DNA from: Prevotella sp.
GTDB taxonomy: Bacteria; Bacteroidota; Bacteroidia; Bacteroidales; Bacteroidaceae
Assembly: GCA_017476785.1 (NCBI GenBank)
Contig: JAFUZD010000069.1
Location: 2,028 to 66,027 of the forward strand
Direction: 5' to 3'
Length of the DNA: 64,000 nt
Shown: positions 37,993 through 49,100 of the stretch, in pieces
Layout: every line of letters starts with the position of its first letter
How positions within the stretch are numbered: position 1 is the first letter of the stretch
The notes under the pieces: generated by a model
What the model was told of the DNA's origin: nothing
Databases searched by the model: none
What the model saw: only the letters and a program-made list of their open reading frames with translations
Position numbers and translations under genes: made by a program

Positions 37993-40900
37993 ATGAACCT
38001 AAAACGAACCTTATTATTTGCACTCTTACTGGCGAATATGGGCTTGGTGCGTGCGCAGTTTGGACGCATCTTTACGCCCGACGACTATCTGTCGAGCAGT
38101 CTGGTCAATGACATTATGCAGGACCAGAAGGGCTTTGTGTGGCTGGCTACGCAAGACGGACTCGACCTCTACGACGGCAATACGATGACCGTCTTCCACA
38201 AAGGCGACGACAGCCGGCTGGCCGACAACAACATCAACAGCGTGTTTCAGGCCTCTGACGGCACCCTCTACATCGGCAGCAATGCCAGCGGCCAGCTGCT
38301 GGACACCTCGACGGACACGTTTGTAGACATTGTCAACGCAGCCACAGGGCAGCCGCTGCAGTGCAACGTGCAGCACATTATGCAGCGCAGCAACGGCGAA
38401 GTCCTGCTGAGCACCTCGGGGCGGGGCATCTATCGGATTGTGGGCAGGCAGACGGCCGTGCGTGCCGACTTGCCGGGCGAGTACGTGAGGCGCATCACGG
38501 AAGACCGGAACGGCCGGCTGTGGATAGCCACCGACAACGACGGATTCTATATGGTAGACGGCTATGGGAAGGGCAACGCCAAGCCCCGCAGCACGCACTA
38601 CATCCTCTCAGACGAGCAGCGCAGCACCATCTATGGCGTGGTGGAGGACCGTCAGGGCAACATCTATGCCCTCAGTATGACCGACGGCCTGTATATATAT
38701 AATAATGTAGAGAAGCGTTTTCAGCCCGTCGCGGCCACCAGCGGCATCCGCGTGTCGGCAGTTTGCCTGATGCCTTCGGGACAACTCTACCTCGGCAGCG
38801 ACGGCGACGGCGTGAAAATCTATGACCCACTGACTGGAACGCTGACGGACAAGGACATTATCATCAACCAAGCTCACCTGCGCAATGGCAAGATTCACGC
38901 CATCGCTACCGACCGCCACGGCAATCTGTGGCTGGGCGTCTATCAGCGCGGCGTCCTTATGCAGCCCCAGTCGCACAGCGGTTTCGTCTACGTGGGCCAC
39001 AAGTCGGCCACACTCAACAGCATAGGCGACTGGTGTGTGATGTCCGTCTACCGCGACAGCCGCGGCATTCTGTGGGTGGGTACCGACAACGGCGGCCTCT
39101 ATGGGCTCGATGCCGAGGGGCATCAGAAGTACCACTTCCCCACGCCGCGCATCGTGATGGACATCTGCGAGGCGGCCGACGGCCGCCTCTGGGTGGGCAC
39201 GTATCAGGATGGCTGCGGCATCGTAGACCCGCAGACGGGTGCCTACACGCGTATGCCGTTTTCCTATGGCCGCACAATGAGCGTGTTCAGTCTCTGTGCG
39301 CTGCCCGACGGTGGAATGTGGCTGGGTACGCTCGGGGCGGGCCTGATGTGCTACCCCCCCCAACCGGGGGCCTCGGAACGTAGGTATCAGGCTCCGAAGG
39401 GCGGTATCAAGAGCGACCGCGAGAATGCGTTGGTCAACAACTTCATCTTTGCCATCCAGCCCTCGCGCGACGGTCGGCTGCTCTATGTAGGCACCAGCGT
39501 GGGCTTGGCTTGTCTGGACCTGCAGCGCGGCAGCTTTGTCAGTCAGTTCGGCGTGAACCATATCTTGGCGCAGAACTCGATCAACGGAATCTACGAGGCA
39601 CCCGACGGCACTATCTGGGCTGCCTCGCCCAATGGCCTCTTCCGTGTGCGCAACCGAGGGAAGGACGTCCGCCAGTACACCACCGAGGACGGGCTGCCCA
39701 ACAACAATGTGCGCGCCATCGAGGCCGACCGCAACGGCCATCTGTGGCTGAGCACCAACCGCGGGCTGGCACAGATGGACATCCAGAAAGAGACTTTCAT
39801 CCACTATTCCACGGGCAATGGCCTGCAGGGCAACGAGTTCTCCAACAATGCTTCTTATTCTAACGGGCGCGACTTCTTCGCCTTTGGCGGCAACAACGGC
39901 CTGACGCTCTTCAACCCGGCCGACCTGCAGCCCGAGAATCGACAGCTGTGCATCTATCTGACCTCGCTCTCCACGGGCGAAGGGCGCGTGAAGAAAGGAA
40001 TGCAGTCGGGCATCTACCACATCGTGGACACGGCCGTGATTGATGCCACGCGCTTCGATCTGGCCAGCAACAACAACTCGTTCACGCTCACCTTCACGGC
40101 GATGGAGTACAACAATCCCGAGCAGGTGGTCTATCAGTATCGCATCAACGGCGGCCGGTGGCACAGCCTGCGGCGAGGTACCAGCGAGGTTAACTTCAGC
40201 CGACTGCCAGCCGGACGCTATGACTTCAGCATCAGGGCGCAATACAACGGGCTACAGTCTGACGAGCGCTCCTTCACTGTGGTCATCCATCCCGCGTGGT
40301 ACGCCTCTTGGTGGGCCTATCTGGCCTATCTGCTGCTGGCCGCACTGGCCGTTTGGCAGTTCGTCGTCTATCGCCGTCGGCGCGAGAATGCCCGCCGTCA
40401 GCGGCAGGAACATCAGCACCAGCAGGAGCTCAACGAAGCCAAGATACAGTTCTTTATGAACATCTCGCACGAGATTCGTACGCCGATGACGCTGATTGTC
40501 TCGCCCCTGCGCCACCTCATCGCCAGCGATAAGGATGCTTCCCGCCAGCACACCTACACGCTGATGCACCGCAATGCCGAGCGCATACTGAACCTCATCA
40601 ACCAGCTGATGGATATGCGTAAGATTGATAAGGGCGTGATGCCGATGAACTATCAGCGCATTGCCGTCGACCAAGCCATCTACGACATCTTTGCCCTCTT
40701 TGAACCGCCTGCCGCCGACCGTCATATCCACTACGTCTTCAACCGTCCCGACCGCCCCGTCAATGCGTGGGTAGACCGGCCGAGCCTCGACAAGATTGTG
40801 ATGAACGTGCTGAGCAACGCCTTCAAGAACACCAACGACGGTGGCGAAATCACGCTGACGCTGACGACCGCCGGCGAGCACTTCAGACTGGTCATTGCCG

Positions 40901-42003
40901 ACGACGGCAAGCATATTGACGAGGATAAGCTGGAGCGCATCTTCGACCGCTTCTATCAGATTGCCGGCACCTCGGCCGGCTATACCGGAACGGGCATCGG
41001 CCTGCACCTGACGCGCCAGCTCGTCGAGCTGCACGGCGGCACCATCACTGCCCACAATGCCGAGCAGGGCTGCTATTTCGAAATTGTGGTGCCGCTGCGC
41101 AATGCCAACGTGACTGACGATGCCGTGTCAGCCGCCGCCGTCGCTGCGCCGGTGACCGCTGACGAGCCGCCCGTGGCCGGTGTGCTGGAAGCCGCTGCGT
41201 ATGGGCAGGCCGAGGAGACGGCTGCCTCGAAAGCCACGCGCAAGCGCCGCATCCTCATTGCCGAGGACGACGACGAGATACGCCACTACATCGCTACCGA
41301 GCTGGCCGCCGACTATGTCGTTGTCGAGCAGCCCGACGGCCGTCAGGCACTGGACAGTGTCCTGCAGCAGGCCCCCGACCTCGTCATTACCGACGTGATG
41401 ATGCCCGTGATGGACGGCATCGCCCTCTGCCAGAAGCTGAAGAAGAACGTCAATACCAACCATATCCCCATTGTGATGCTGACGGCGCGCAATGCCGAGG
41501 AAGACCGCCTGCAGGGGCTGGAGAACGGCGCCGATGCCTATATCGTGAAGCCCTTCAGCATCGACATCCTGCGAACCACGGTGGCCAACCTGCTGCAGTC
41601 GCGCCAGCTGCTGCGCAACAAGTACAGCGGGCAGGAGTCGCAGGCCGGTCGCGTGGAGACGGTGACGCTCAAGTCGCCCGACGAACGCCTGCTGGAGCGC
41701 GTGATGACAGCCATCAACAAGAATATGTCGAACCCCGAGCTGAGCGTGGAGTTTATCTCTCAGGAGGTAGGCATCAGTCGTGCCCACCTGCACCGCAAGC
41801 TGAAGGAGCTGACCAACCAGAGCCCGCGCGACTTCATCCGTAACATCCGTCTGAAGCAGGCAGCTCAGCTGCTGGCCGAGAGCAACCAGAACATCACTGA
41901 GGTGATGTATGCCGTAGGCTTCCAGAATGCTGCCTCGTTCAGCACGATGTTCAAGAATTTCTACGGCGTTTCGCCGAAGGAATACGCCAAGCAGCGCCAC
42001 TGA
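37993..42003 (+). CDS. Hybrid two-component sensor/regulator (HTCS, XynR-like)
   Basis: Reg_prop repeats, Y_Y_Y domain, TM, NISHEIRTPMTLI, GTGIGL, receiver TDVMMPVMDG, AraC HTH. Confidence 0.96.
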   Translation: MNLKRTLLFALLLANMGLVRAQFGRIFTPDDYLSSSLVNDIMQDQKGFVWLATQDGLDLYDGNTMTVFHKGDDSRLADNNINSVFQASDGTLYIGSNASGQLLDTSTDTFVDIVNAATGQPLQCNVQHIMQRSNGEVLLSTSGRGIYRIVGRQTAVRADLPGEYVRRITEDRNGRLWIATDNDGFYMVDGYGKGNAKPRSTHYILSDEQRSTIYGVVEDRQGNIYALSMTDGLYIYNNVEKRFQPVAATSGIRVSAVCLMPSGQLYLGSDGDGVKIYDPLTGTLTDKDIIINQAHLRNGKIHAIATDRHGNLWLGVYQRGVLMQPQSHSGFVYVGHKSATLNSIGDWCVMSVYRDSRGILWVGTDNGGLYGLDAEGHQKYHFPTPRIVMDICEAADGRLWVGTYQDGCGIVDPQTGAYTRMPFSYGRTMSVFSLCALPDGGMWLGTLGAGLMCYPPQPGASERRYQAPKGGIKSDRENALVNNFIFAIQPSRDGRLLYVGTSVGLACLDLQRGSFVSQFGVNHILAQNSINGIYEAPDGTIWAASPNGLFRVRNRGKDVRQYTTEDGLPNNNVRAIEADRNGHLWLSTNRGLAQMDIQKETFIHYSTGNGLQGNEFSNNASYSNGRDFFAFGGNNGLTLFNPADLQPENRQLCIYLTSLSTGEGRVKKGMQSGIYHIVDTAVIDATRFDLASNNNSFTLTFTAMEYNNPEQVVYQYRINGGRWHSLRRGTSEVNFSRLPAGRYDFSIRAQYNGLQSDERSFTVVIHPAWYASWWAYLAYLLLAALAVWQFVVYRRRRENARRQRQEHQHQQELNEAKIQFFMNISHEIRTPMTLIVSPLRHLIASDKDASRQHTYTLMHRNAERILNLINQLMDMRKIDKGVMPMNYQRIAVDQAIYDIFALFEPPAADRHIHYVFNRPDRPVNAWVDRPSLDKIVMNVLSNAFKNTNDGGEITLTLTTAGEHFRLVIADDGKHIDEDKLERIFDRFYQIAGTSAGYTGTGIGLHLTRQLVELHGGTITAHNAEQGCYFEIVVPLRNANVTDDAVSAAAVAAPVTADEPPVAGVLEAAAYGQAEETAASKATRKRRILIAEDDDEIRHYIATELAADYVVVEQPDGRQALDSVLQQAPDLVITDVMMPVMDGIALCQKLKKNVNTNHIPIVMLTARNAEEDRLQGLENGADAYIVKPFSIDILRTTVANLLQSRQLLRNKYSGQESQAGRVETVTLKSPDERLLERVMTAINKNMSNPELSVEFISQEVGISRAHLHRKLKELTNQSPRDFIRNIRLKQAAQLLAESNQNITEVMYAVGFQNAASFSTMFKNFYGVSPKEYAKQRH

Positions 42004-42032
42004 CCGGCGGCCGCTGCCACGCCATCGCCCTT

Positions 42033-42074
42033 AGCGGCCATTCCTCTCCGAGCAGGGGGGGATGGCCGCTTTTT
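42033..42074 (+). terminator. Intrinsic terminator after the HTCS
   Basis: agcggccatt...gatggccgct ttttt. Confidence 0.72.
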
Positions 42075-42202
42075 GTGTTTCTATGCACTACAAATCTTGG
42101 GCGATTTCTTGGCCGTTCCGTATAAAATGAATACCTTTGCAGCGAAAAGATATAGCGACAAAACGTATAAACACATATTATTAACCTAACAGAAAAAGAA
42201 GA

Positions 42203-45200
42203 ATGGGTAAAAGACTGACAACTCTGTTCTTGGGAGGTGCACTGTCGTTGTGCACCCTTTCTCCAGTAGCGGCTCAGACGGCCGACGGTGCCCTGCCTAC
42301 GCTCCAGCAGCTGAAGCAGATGCGCCGCGGCGGCTCGGTCGCAACTAACGTCCCGACGCATAAGTCGGGGCCAGTGTTCAACAATGGCGGGCTGGTGTCG
42401 AAGCGTGCGCTTCTGAGCCGTCCTGCCCGTTTCAGCGGTGCGCCGCGCCACGCCGATGCTACTTATACTGACACGTGGAGCTGCACCGTCAACAGCGACG
42501 AGGCTTTCGGCCAGTTCACGGTCATCGATGCCAACGGCGATGCAGCCGAGTCGTGGGGCGACTGGTATGGCATCTGGGTCTACAATGAGGACGAGGAGGC
42601 TGCCATCTATCGCCTGTCAGACGATTGGGAGGATGCCGACGACTGGCTTGTCAGCCCCGGCATCCAGCTGAAGGCCGGCCGGCCTTACCTGCTGAAGTTC
42701 CGCGTGAAGTGCGGCGCGCTGTGGGGCAGCATCATCGGCACGGAGATGTTCGAGGTGAAGATGGGAACGGCCGCTACCGTAGACGGGCTGGCCACCATCG
42801 TTAAGGAGCAGACCACGCTGAAGGATATGGAATGGAACGACTACACGTGCGACGTGAAGGTCGACGAAGACGGAACCTACTATTTCGGTCTGCACTGCAC
42901 GTCGCCCCAAGACAATGGCTACGAGTTCTACCTCGCCTCAATGTCGGTGGCTCCAGACCCCTCTGCACTGGCTCCCGCAGCCGTGGAGGGCTTGCAGCTG
43001 GTGCCCGATGCCACAGGCGGGCTGAATGCTGAGTTGCAGTTCACCGCCCCCACCGTCTGCAAGGACGGCAGCGAGCTGGCAGCCATCACGGGCATTCGCA
43101 TCTTCGCTGACGGCGAGCTGCTGGCCGACGTGCGCCGCGCCACGCCCGGCAAGCCCTTCACCTATGCCGACCGCAATCTGCCCTCGGCCGGGCTCTACAC
43201 CTATACCGTCGTTCCCTATAACGAGGCTGGCGACGGCGCTCCCGCAACGGTGACGGGCTGGGTAGGACTGGATGCCCCCACGGCTCCGCAGAACGTGGTG
43301 CTGACCGACGGTGTGGATCACATCGCCCTCACGTGGGACGCCGCACAGGCAGCGCACGACGGTGTGTTCTTCCCCGAGCAAGTGGACTACACCCTCAGCA
43401 CGCTGAGCTATAACAGCCGTACGAAGACTTATACCGAGAAGAGCGAAGTGGCCACGCTGCGCGGTCAGACTGACTATCAGATGGCACTCGGCGTTGACGA
43501 GGGCCGGCAAGACATCGTGCTCTTCGGCGTGAAAGCCCGCAATGACGCTGGCAGCACGGCCATCACCTCCGCCAGTGTCTCGCGTCCGCTGCTCATCGGT
43601 GCTCCCTATGCGACCCCCTTCGGCGAGGGTTTTGCCGACGGCTACGTGCACTATTTCTGGAATACCTATGCCGAGGGCTGGGGTGCAGACTTCGGCTCAG
43701 CCGGTGTGACCGTCTCTTCGGCCCAAGATGCCACTGACGACGGTGCCGCCGCTATGCTCCAAGTGTTTATGGACGAGGCGCGTGCCACCCGCGGCAGCTA
43801 TCTGCGCGACTCCGTGTCGCTGGCCACGGGCAAGATTACGCTTGCCGGCACCACCGCCCCCAAGCTGGTGTTCAAGATGAAGAAGGGCGGCCGCTACGGA
43901 ATGCTGCGCGTCGAGGTGCTCAATGCAGCGGGTGAGGTCACCCAGCTTGACGCCATCGACCTCAGTGCCGTTGAGTCGACCGACTGGCAGGTGATGAAGT
44001 ATGACCTGACACCCTTCGTCAACGAACGCTGGATACAGGTCAGCTTTGGCCTGACCACTCCGAGCGGCAGTGCTTCCACCGTACAGCGCGTCTATCTGGA
44101 CAATGTCATCGTGGGCGACCTGCCGGCTAAGGACCTGACCGTGAAGGTGGCTGCCGACGAGGAAGTGGAGCGTGGCGGAACGGCCAATGTCTACGTGAAG
44201 GTGGTCAACAACGGCGACGAGGACGTGGAAGCCTACAAGCTGAGCGTCACCGTGGGCGGCAAGGAGCTGGCCGGCTATACCATTGCCCAGCAGCTCAAGT
44301 CGTTCGAGAGCCGTGTCTTCAGCTTCACTTACCAGAGCACGATGCTCGAGCAGGCCGACGTGCTGACGGTCAATGCCACCGCCACCCTCGACGGTGATGC
44401 CGACGAGACCGACAATGCTGCCGTTACGGCCATCTCGGTCTATTCGCCCGACATCGTTCCTGTGGGCAACCTGCAGGCCGAGAAGGACGAGAGCGATGTG
44501 GACGCCCTGAGCGTGGCCCTGTCGTGGGAGGCTCCGGCCGCCATCGTCAGCCAGACCGAGGGCTTTGAGCACTTCACCTCGTGGAGCACGGCACCGCAGC
44601 GGGGATGGAGCGCCATCGACGGCGACGGTGCCCCGACCTATGGCATCTTCAACGGCGTGGACTTCGAGAACGAGGGTACGGCGTTTGCCTTCATCACCTT
44701 CAATCCCTATAACTATGGTGGCCGCGATGCCGTGTCGTCGGGCCAGAATCCCTCGCTCGTGCCCTACGAGGGCGAGCAGTATATGGCTGCGCTCTACTCG
44801 ATGGACGATAACAACAATCTCGTAGATGCCGACAACTGGCTCATCACGCCCGAGCTGTCGGGCAAGGCGCAGACCGTCACCTTCTACGTGAACAACATCA
44901 ACAGCAATGGCCGCGACTTCACGGAGACCTTCGACGTGCTCTACTCCGAGGGTGGCACGGCCGCTGCCGACTTCGTCAAGCTGGGCGAGACCCACACCGC
45001 CACGGGCGGCCAGTGGACTGAGGTCAGCGTAGCTCTGCCCGAGGGCGCCCGCTATATGGCCATCCACCACAACACGGCAGCCAATGCCGCAACGTACGCT
45101 CCCTTTATGCTGATGGTCGATGCCGTGAGCTTTGAGGTGAACAATGCCGAGGTGGAGAAGTATCTGGTCTACCGCGATGGCCAGCTCATCGGCGAGACCA

Positions 45201-45469
45201 CGCAGACTGCCTTCACCGATACCGAGGTGGCCGACGACACCGCCTACACCTATCAGGTGACGGTGGTCTATGCCGGTGGCGTTGAGTCGCCCGCCGTTCA
45301 GCAGCGTGTCAGCATTGCCACGGGCATTCGTTCTGCCGCTGCCGCCGCCGCTGTCCGTCCGTTCGACGTCTATACGCTGGACGGTACGCTGGTGCGCCGT
45401 CAGGTGCTCAGCACGGACGGTCTGAAGGGTGTCTACGTCATCAACGGCCAGAAGGTCATCTTGAAGTGA
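42203..45469 (+). CDS. Large T9SS-secreted protein with cleaved-adhesin (choice-of-anchor J), Fn3-like and CARDB-like domains
   Basis: Signal peptide; FTVIDANGD..ADDWLVSP and WSAIDGDG..ADNWLITPEL modules; C-terminal VYTLDG..VR..GLKGVYVINGQKVILK. Confidence 0.8.
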   Translation: MGKRLTTLFLGGALSLCTLSPVAAQTADGALPTLQQLKQMRRGGSVATNVPTHKSGPVFNNGGLVSKRALLSRPARFSGAPRHADATYTDTWSCTVNSDEAFGQFTVIDANGDAAESWGDWYGIWVYNEDEEAAIYRLSDDWEDADDWLVSPGIQLKAGRPYLLKFRVKCGALWGSIIGTEMFEVKMGTAATVDGLATIVKEQTTLKDMEWNDYTCDVKVDEDGTYYFGLHCTSPQDNGYEFYLASMSVAPDPSALAPAAVEGLQLVPDATGGLNAELQFTAPTVCKDGSELAAITGIRIFADGELLADVRRATPGKPFTYADRNLPSAGLYTYTVVPYNEAGDGAPATVTGWVGLDAPTAPQNVVLTDGVDHIALTWDAAQAAHDGVFFPEQVDYTLSTLSYNSRTKTYTEKSEVATLRGQTDYQMALGVDEGRQDIVLFGVKARNDAGSTAITSASVSRPLLIGAPYATPFGEGFADGYVHYFWNTYAEGWGADFGSAGVTVSSAQDATDDGAAAMLQVFMDEARATRGSYLRDSVSLATGKITLAGTTAPKLVFKMKKGGRYGMLRVEVLNAAGEVTQLDAIDLSAVESTDWQVMKYDLTPFVNERWIQVSFGLTTPSGSASTVQRVYLDNVIVGDLPAKDLTVKVAADEEVERGGTANVYVKVVNNGDEDVEAYKLSVTVGGKELAGYTIAQQLKSFESRVFSFTYQSTMLEQADVLTVNATATLDGDADETDNAAVTAISVYSPDIVPVGNLQAEKDESDVDALSVALSWEAPAAIVSQTEGFEHFTSWSTAPQRGWSAIDGDGAPTYGIFNGVDFENEGTAFAFITFNPYNYGGRDAVSSGQNPSLVPYEGEQYMAALYSMDDNNNLVDADNWLITPELSGKAQTVTFYVNNINSNGRDFTETFDVLYSEGGTAAADFVKLGETHTATGGQWTEVSVALPEGARYMAIHHNTAANAATYAPFMLMVDAVSFEVNNAEVEKYLVYRDGQLIGETTQTAFTDTEVADDTAYTYQVTVVYAGGVESPAVQQRVSIATGIRSAAAAAAVRPFDVYTLDGTLVRRQVLSTDGLKGVYVINGQKVILK

Positions 45470-45583
45470 TATTCCGGCCAGAAGCCAGCTTTGTCTGGCT
45501 GGCCGTTAACTTTGTAACATAGCGAAAACTTTGTGAAACGCGATGGCTTGCAGGTTAGGGCACAATGCCCTAACTTTGCACCA

Positions 45584-45673
45584 TCCAATATAAGTTAGTA
45601 GTTATTTATAAAATTAGTTAGTAGAGTTTTTAGGAATTCATCGCCTGCGTTGTGAAACGCGGGCGTTTTTTTT
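45584..45673 (+). ncRNA. Candidate stand-alone small RNA upstream of susC
   Basis: TAACTTTG at 45571-45578, AU-rich body (ttagttagtag), terminator cgcctgcgtt-GTGA-aacgcgggcg-T8; no plausible ORF. Confidence 0.65.
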
Positions 45674-45679
45674 GTGCTT

Positions 45680-45789
45680 GCTCCAGCGGCTTGGAAGCGA
45701 CGCTCCGCAGGGCGGGGAGCGATGCTCCGCGGGCTGCGGAGTGACGCTCCCGAGGCCGCGGAGTAATGCTCCCGAGGCTGGGGAACAGT
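45680..45789. repeat. Five 22-bp-period ctcc...ggag palindromic units
   Basis: gctcc at 45680, 45702, 45724, 45746, 45768. Confidence 0.85.
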
Positions 45790-45970
45790 CCCGCGTGGCG
45801 TCCGTCGGCGGCAAAGACGGGCTGTGGGCGGTGGTCGGGAGCACTGAAATGCACCGTCCGGTCAGTTGCACAAACGTCTCAAACCAGCATTCCTCGCCCT
45901 CAAAAAGGCTGCAATGGGCGCTCCGGCAGTAGCAAGCCGTAATACCGCGCAAACCCGCTGGGAATAGGGG

Positions 45971-46071
45971 TTGTGAGACGTGACGCAAAGTTTTTGTAAC
46001 AAAACGGTTACACGGCCGAAAGTCCGTGTTACGCCAGCACGCTTTACATTTCTTAATATTTATTATCTTTG
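45971..46071 (+). promoter_or_regulatory. susC promoter with upstream TGTAAC/GTTAC motifs
   Basis: tatctttg at 46064-46071; ttgtaacaaaacggttaca at 45994-46012. Confidence 0.6.
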
Positions 46072-46141
46072 CAACGTAAAAAATGTTAATGTGCCAAAAT
46101 CTCTATGATTTTTGAAAACCAAAACCAAATTTATTAACTAT

Positions 46142-49100
46142 ATGAATGCAATGAAAGAACTACTCAAGAGGTTCGCAGCCACAGCAGCTGTGATGCTTGG
46201 TTTCTGTCTGGCCGCCACGGCTCAGGGGAACATCAGCATCAGCGGTGTGGTGACGGACGAAACTGGCGAGAGCATCATTGGCGCAACGATTGCCGTGAAG
46301 GGTCAGAGCGGTGCAGGAGCCGTGACCGACTTTGACGGCCGTTTTGCAATGAAGGTGCCGAGTGAGAAATCGATTCTCGTAGTGTCATACATTGGTATGA
46401 ATACGCGTGAGATTTCCGTCGGCAAGCAGCGCTCGCTGAAGATCGTGATGAGCGAAGACAACAAGCAGCTCAACGAGGTGATTGTTGTAGGTTACGGACA
46501 GCAGAAGAAAGCCTCGGTGGTGGGCGCAATCACGCAGACCACGGGTAAGGTGCTCGAGCGTGCTGCCGGTATCTCGGACATCGGTGCCGCCCTGACGGGT
46601 AACCTGCCGGGCGTTGTCACCACGGCCACGTCGGGTATGCCCGGCGAGGAGGAGCCCCAGATTGTAATCCGCGGCTCCAGTTCGTGGAACAACAGCGAGC
46701 CGCTGGTGCTCGTCGACGGTGTGGAGCGCCCGATGAGCGCAGTCGACATCGCTTCGGTGGAAAGCATCTCGGTGCTGAAGGATGCCTCGGCCACGGCCGT
46801 CTACGGTGTGAAGGGTGCCAACGGTGTAATCCTCATCACCACCAAGCGCGGTCAGGAAGGTCGCGCACGCATTCAGGCCTCGGCCAATGCCATCATCAAG
46901 ATTCCTTCCAAGCTCCCGGGCAAGTATGACGCTTACGACGCCCTGATGCTGCGCAACCGTGCCATTGAGCACGAGCTCGACCTCAACCCGGACTCGTGGG
47001 CTAACATCCGTCCGCAGAGCTTCATTGAGAACTATCGCAACCAGACGACTGTTGAGCAGCAGGAGCGCTATCCTAACGTAGACTGGCAGAAGACGCTGTT
47101 CAAGAGCCAGACAATGTCGTACAATGCCAACGTCAATGTGAGCGGCGGTACCAAGTTTGTCAAATACTTCGCCAGCATCGACTTCGTCAATGAGGGTGAC
47201 CTTTTCAAAGTGTTCCCCAACGGACGTAACTACGACTCCGGCTACGGCTACAACCGCATCAACGTGCGCTCGAATTTGGACTTCCAGATTACGAAGACCA
47301 CGACGCTGAAGGTGAACATCGCCGGCAGCAACGGACAGCAGAAGTCGCCCTATAATAATACACTGTATAGCGGTGCCAGCGACTGGAGCCTCGCCCAGCA
47401 GTGGGCCGGTGCCTACAACATTGCACCGGACGTGTTCCTGCCCGTCTACAGCAACGGCGCTTGGGGCTACTATCCCTCGGGTACCAACGTGACCAACTCG
47501 GCCGAGAACCTCTCGCTGGGCGGCACGCAGAAGGTGACTACCACCCGCATCAACACCGACTTCACACTCGATCAGGACCTGAGCTTCATCACGAAGGGAC
47601 TGCAGTTCCACGGAATGATTGCGTGGGACAACGTGTTCGTAGAGTGGAAGCGCGGTGTGAACGACCTCTATAACAACGCACAGGAGATGTGGATTGACCC
47701 CGACACGGGCGAGCGCATCTACAAGCAGGCATACGAGAATGCCAACCACTTCGACTTCCAGCAGCCCGTGACGTGGAACATCGAGAGCGGCGAGGTGCAG
47801 AACTGGAGCACGCAGCGCAACCTGAACTACCAGCTGCAGCTCAACTGGGCCCGCAAGTTCGGCGACCACGACGTGACGGCGATGGGGCTCTTCTCGCGTC
47901 AGGAGAACGCGAAGGGTAGCGTCATCCCCAGCTACCGTGAGGACTGGGCCTTCCGTGTGACCTATAACTATGCAATGCGCTACTTCGCAGAGTATAACGG
48001 TGCCTACAACGGCTCGGAGAAATTCTCGAAGGACAACCGCTTTGCCTTCTTCAACTCGGGTGCCATCGGATGGACGGTCAGCGAGGAGAAGTGGTACAAG
48101 CCGGTGAAGAAATATGTGGATATGCTGAAGCTCCGCCTGTCGTACGGTGAAATCGGTGACGACAACGTGGGCGACCGCTGGCTGTATATGAACCAGTGGG
48201 CCTATGTAGGCTCGAAAGAGAACAACAACGGAACGTCGCTCGACATCAACCACGGCTTCAGTCCTTATAAGTGGTATCGCGAGTCTTCAGTGGGTAATCC
48301 CAATGTACACTGGGAGAAAGTGAAGAAATGGAACTTCGGTATCGACTACTCGCTCTTCGGCGGTCTGTTCGTAGGTGGTATCGATATCTTCCGCGACAAG
48401 CGTGTCGACATCCTCGTGGGCGGTGCATCGCGAAGCGTTCCCTCGTACTTCGGACAGACAGCTCCGACGGCCAACCTCGGTGAGGTGAAGACCCACGGAT
48501 ACGAGTTGACGCTGCGCTTCAATAAGGTGATTCGCAACGGAATGCGCTTCTGGGCCGACCTGAATATGACGCACGCCGAGAACGAGGTCATCGTCAAGGA
48601 CGACCAACCGCTGCTGCCCGCCTACCGTAAGGAGGCCGGCTACGCCATCGGTCAGGGACGCGCCTTCATCGACAAAGGCTACCTGAACACCTACGACGAC
48701 ATCTACGGCAGCCCCAAGCACGACGTGAACGACGGACAGCGCCTGCCGGGCGACTACTATATCGTTGACTTCAACGGCGACGGCGTGGTGGACAACACCA
48801 ACGACCAAGTGCCCTACGGCTATCCCTCGGTGCCGCAGAATACCTATAACGCCACACTCGGCTGGGAATGGAAGGGCCTGAGCTGCTTCGTGCAGTTCTA
48901 TGGCGTGACCAACGTCACCCGTCTGGTGCAGCTGAACAGCTTCCCCGACCACGCTTACAACACAGTCTACGATCAGGGCTCGTGGTGGTCGAAGTACGAC
49001 GTGGGTGCCGACGTGCCTGTGGCTCGCTGGCTGACCACTCCCTCAAACTACTCCAACGGTACGCGCTACTACTACGACGGCAGTTACGTTCGTCTGAAGA

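Noticed and set aside
39354-39361. C8 run in the HTCS as a phase-variation site
   Set aside because: Short, in frame, and unremarkable in GC-rich DNA without read-level evidence
45680-45789. Possible CRISPR array (also 1540, 34255, 62354)
   Set aside because: Units are contiguous at 21-22 bp with no unique 30-40 bp spacers, and no cas genes are present
46385-48253. Long antisense ORFs opposite susC, HTCS, GH5, adhesin and other genes
   Set aside because: Shadow frames caused by high GC3 codon bias; no motifs, and they fully overlap well-supported genes
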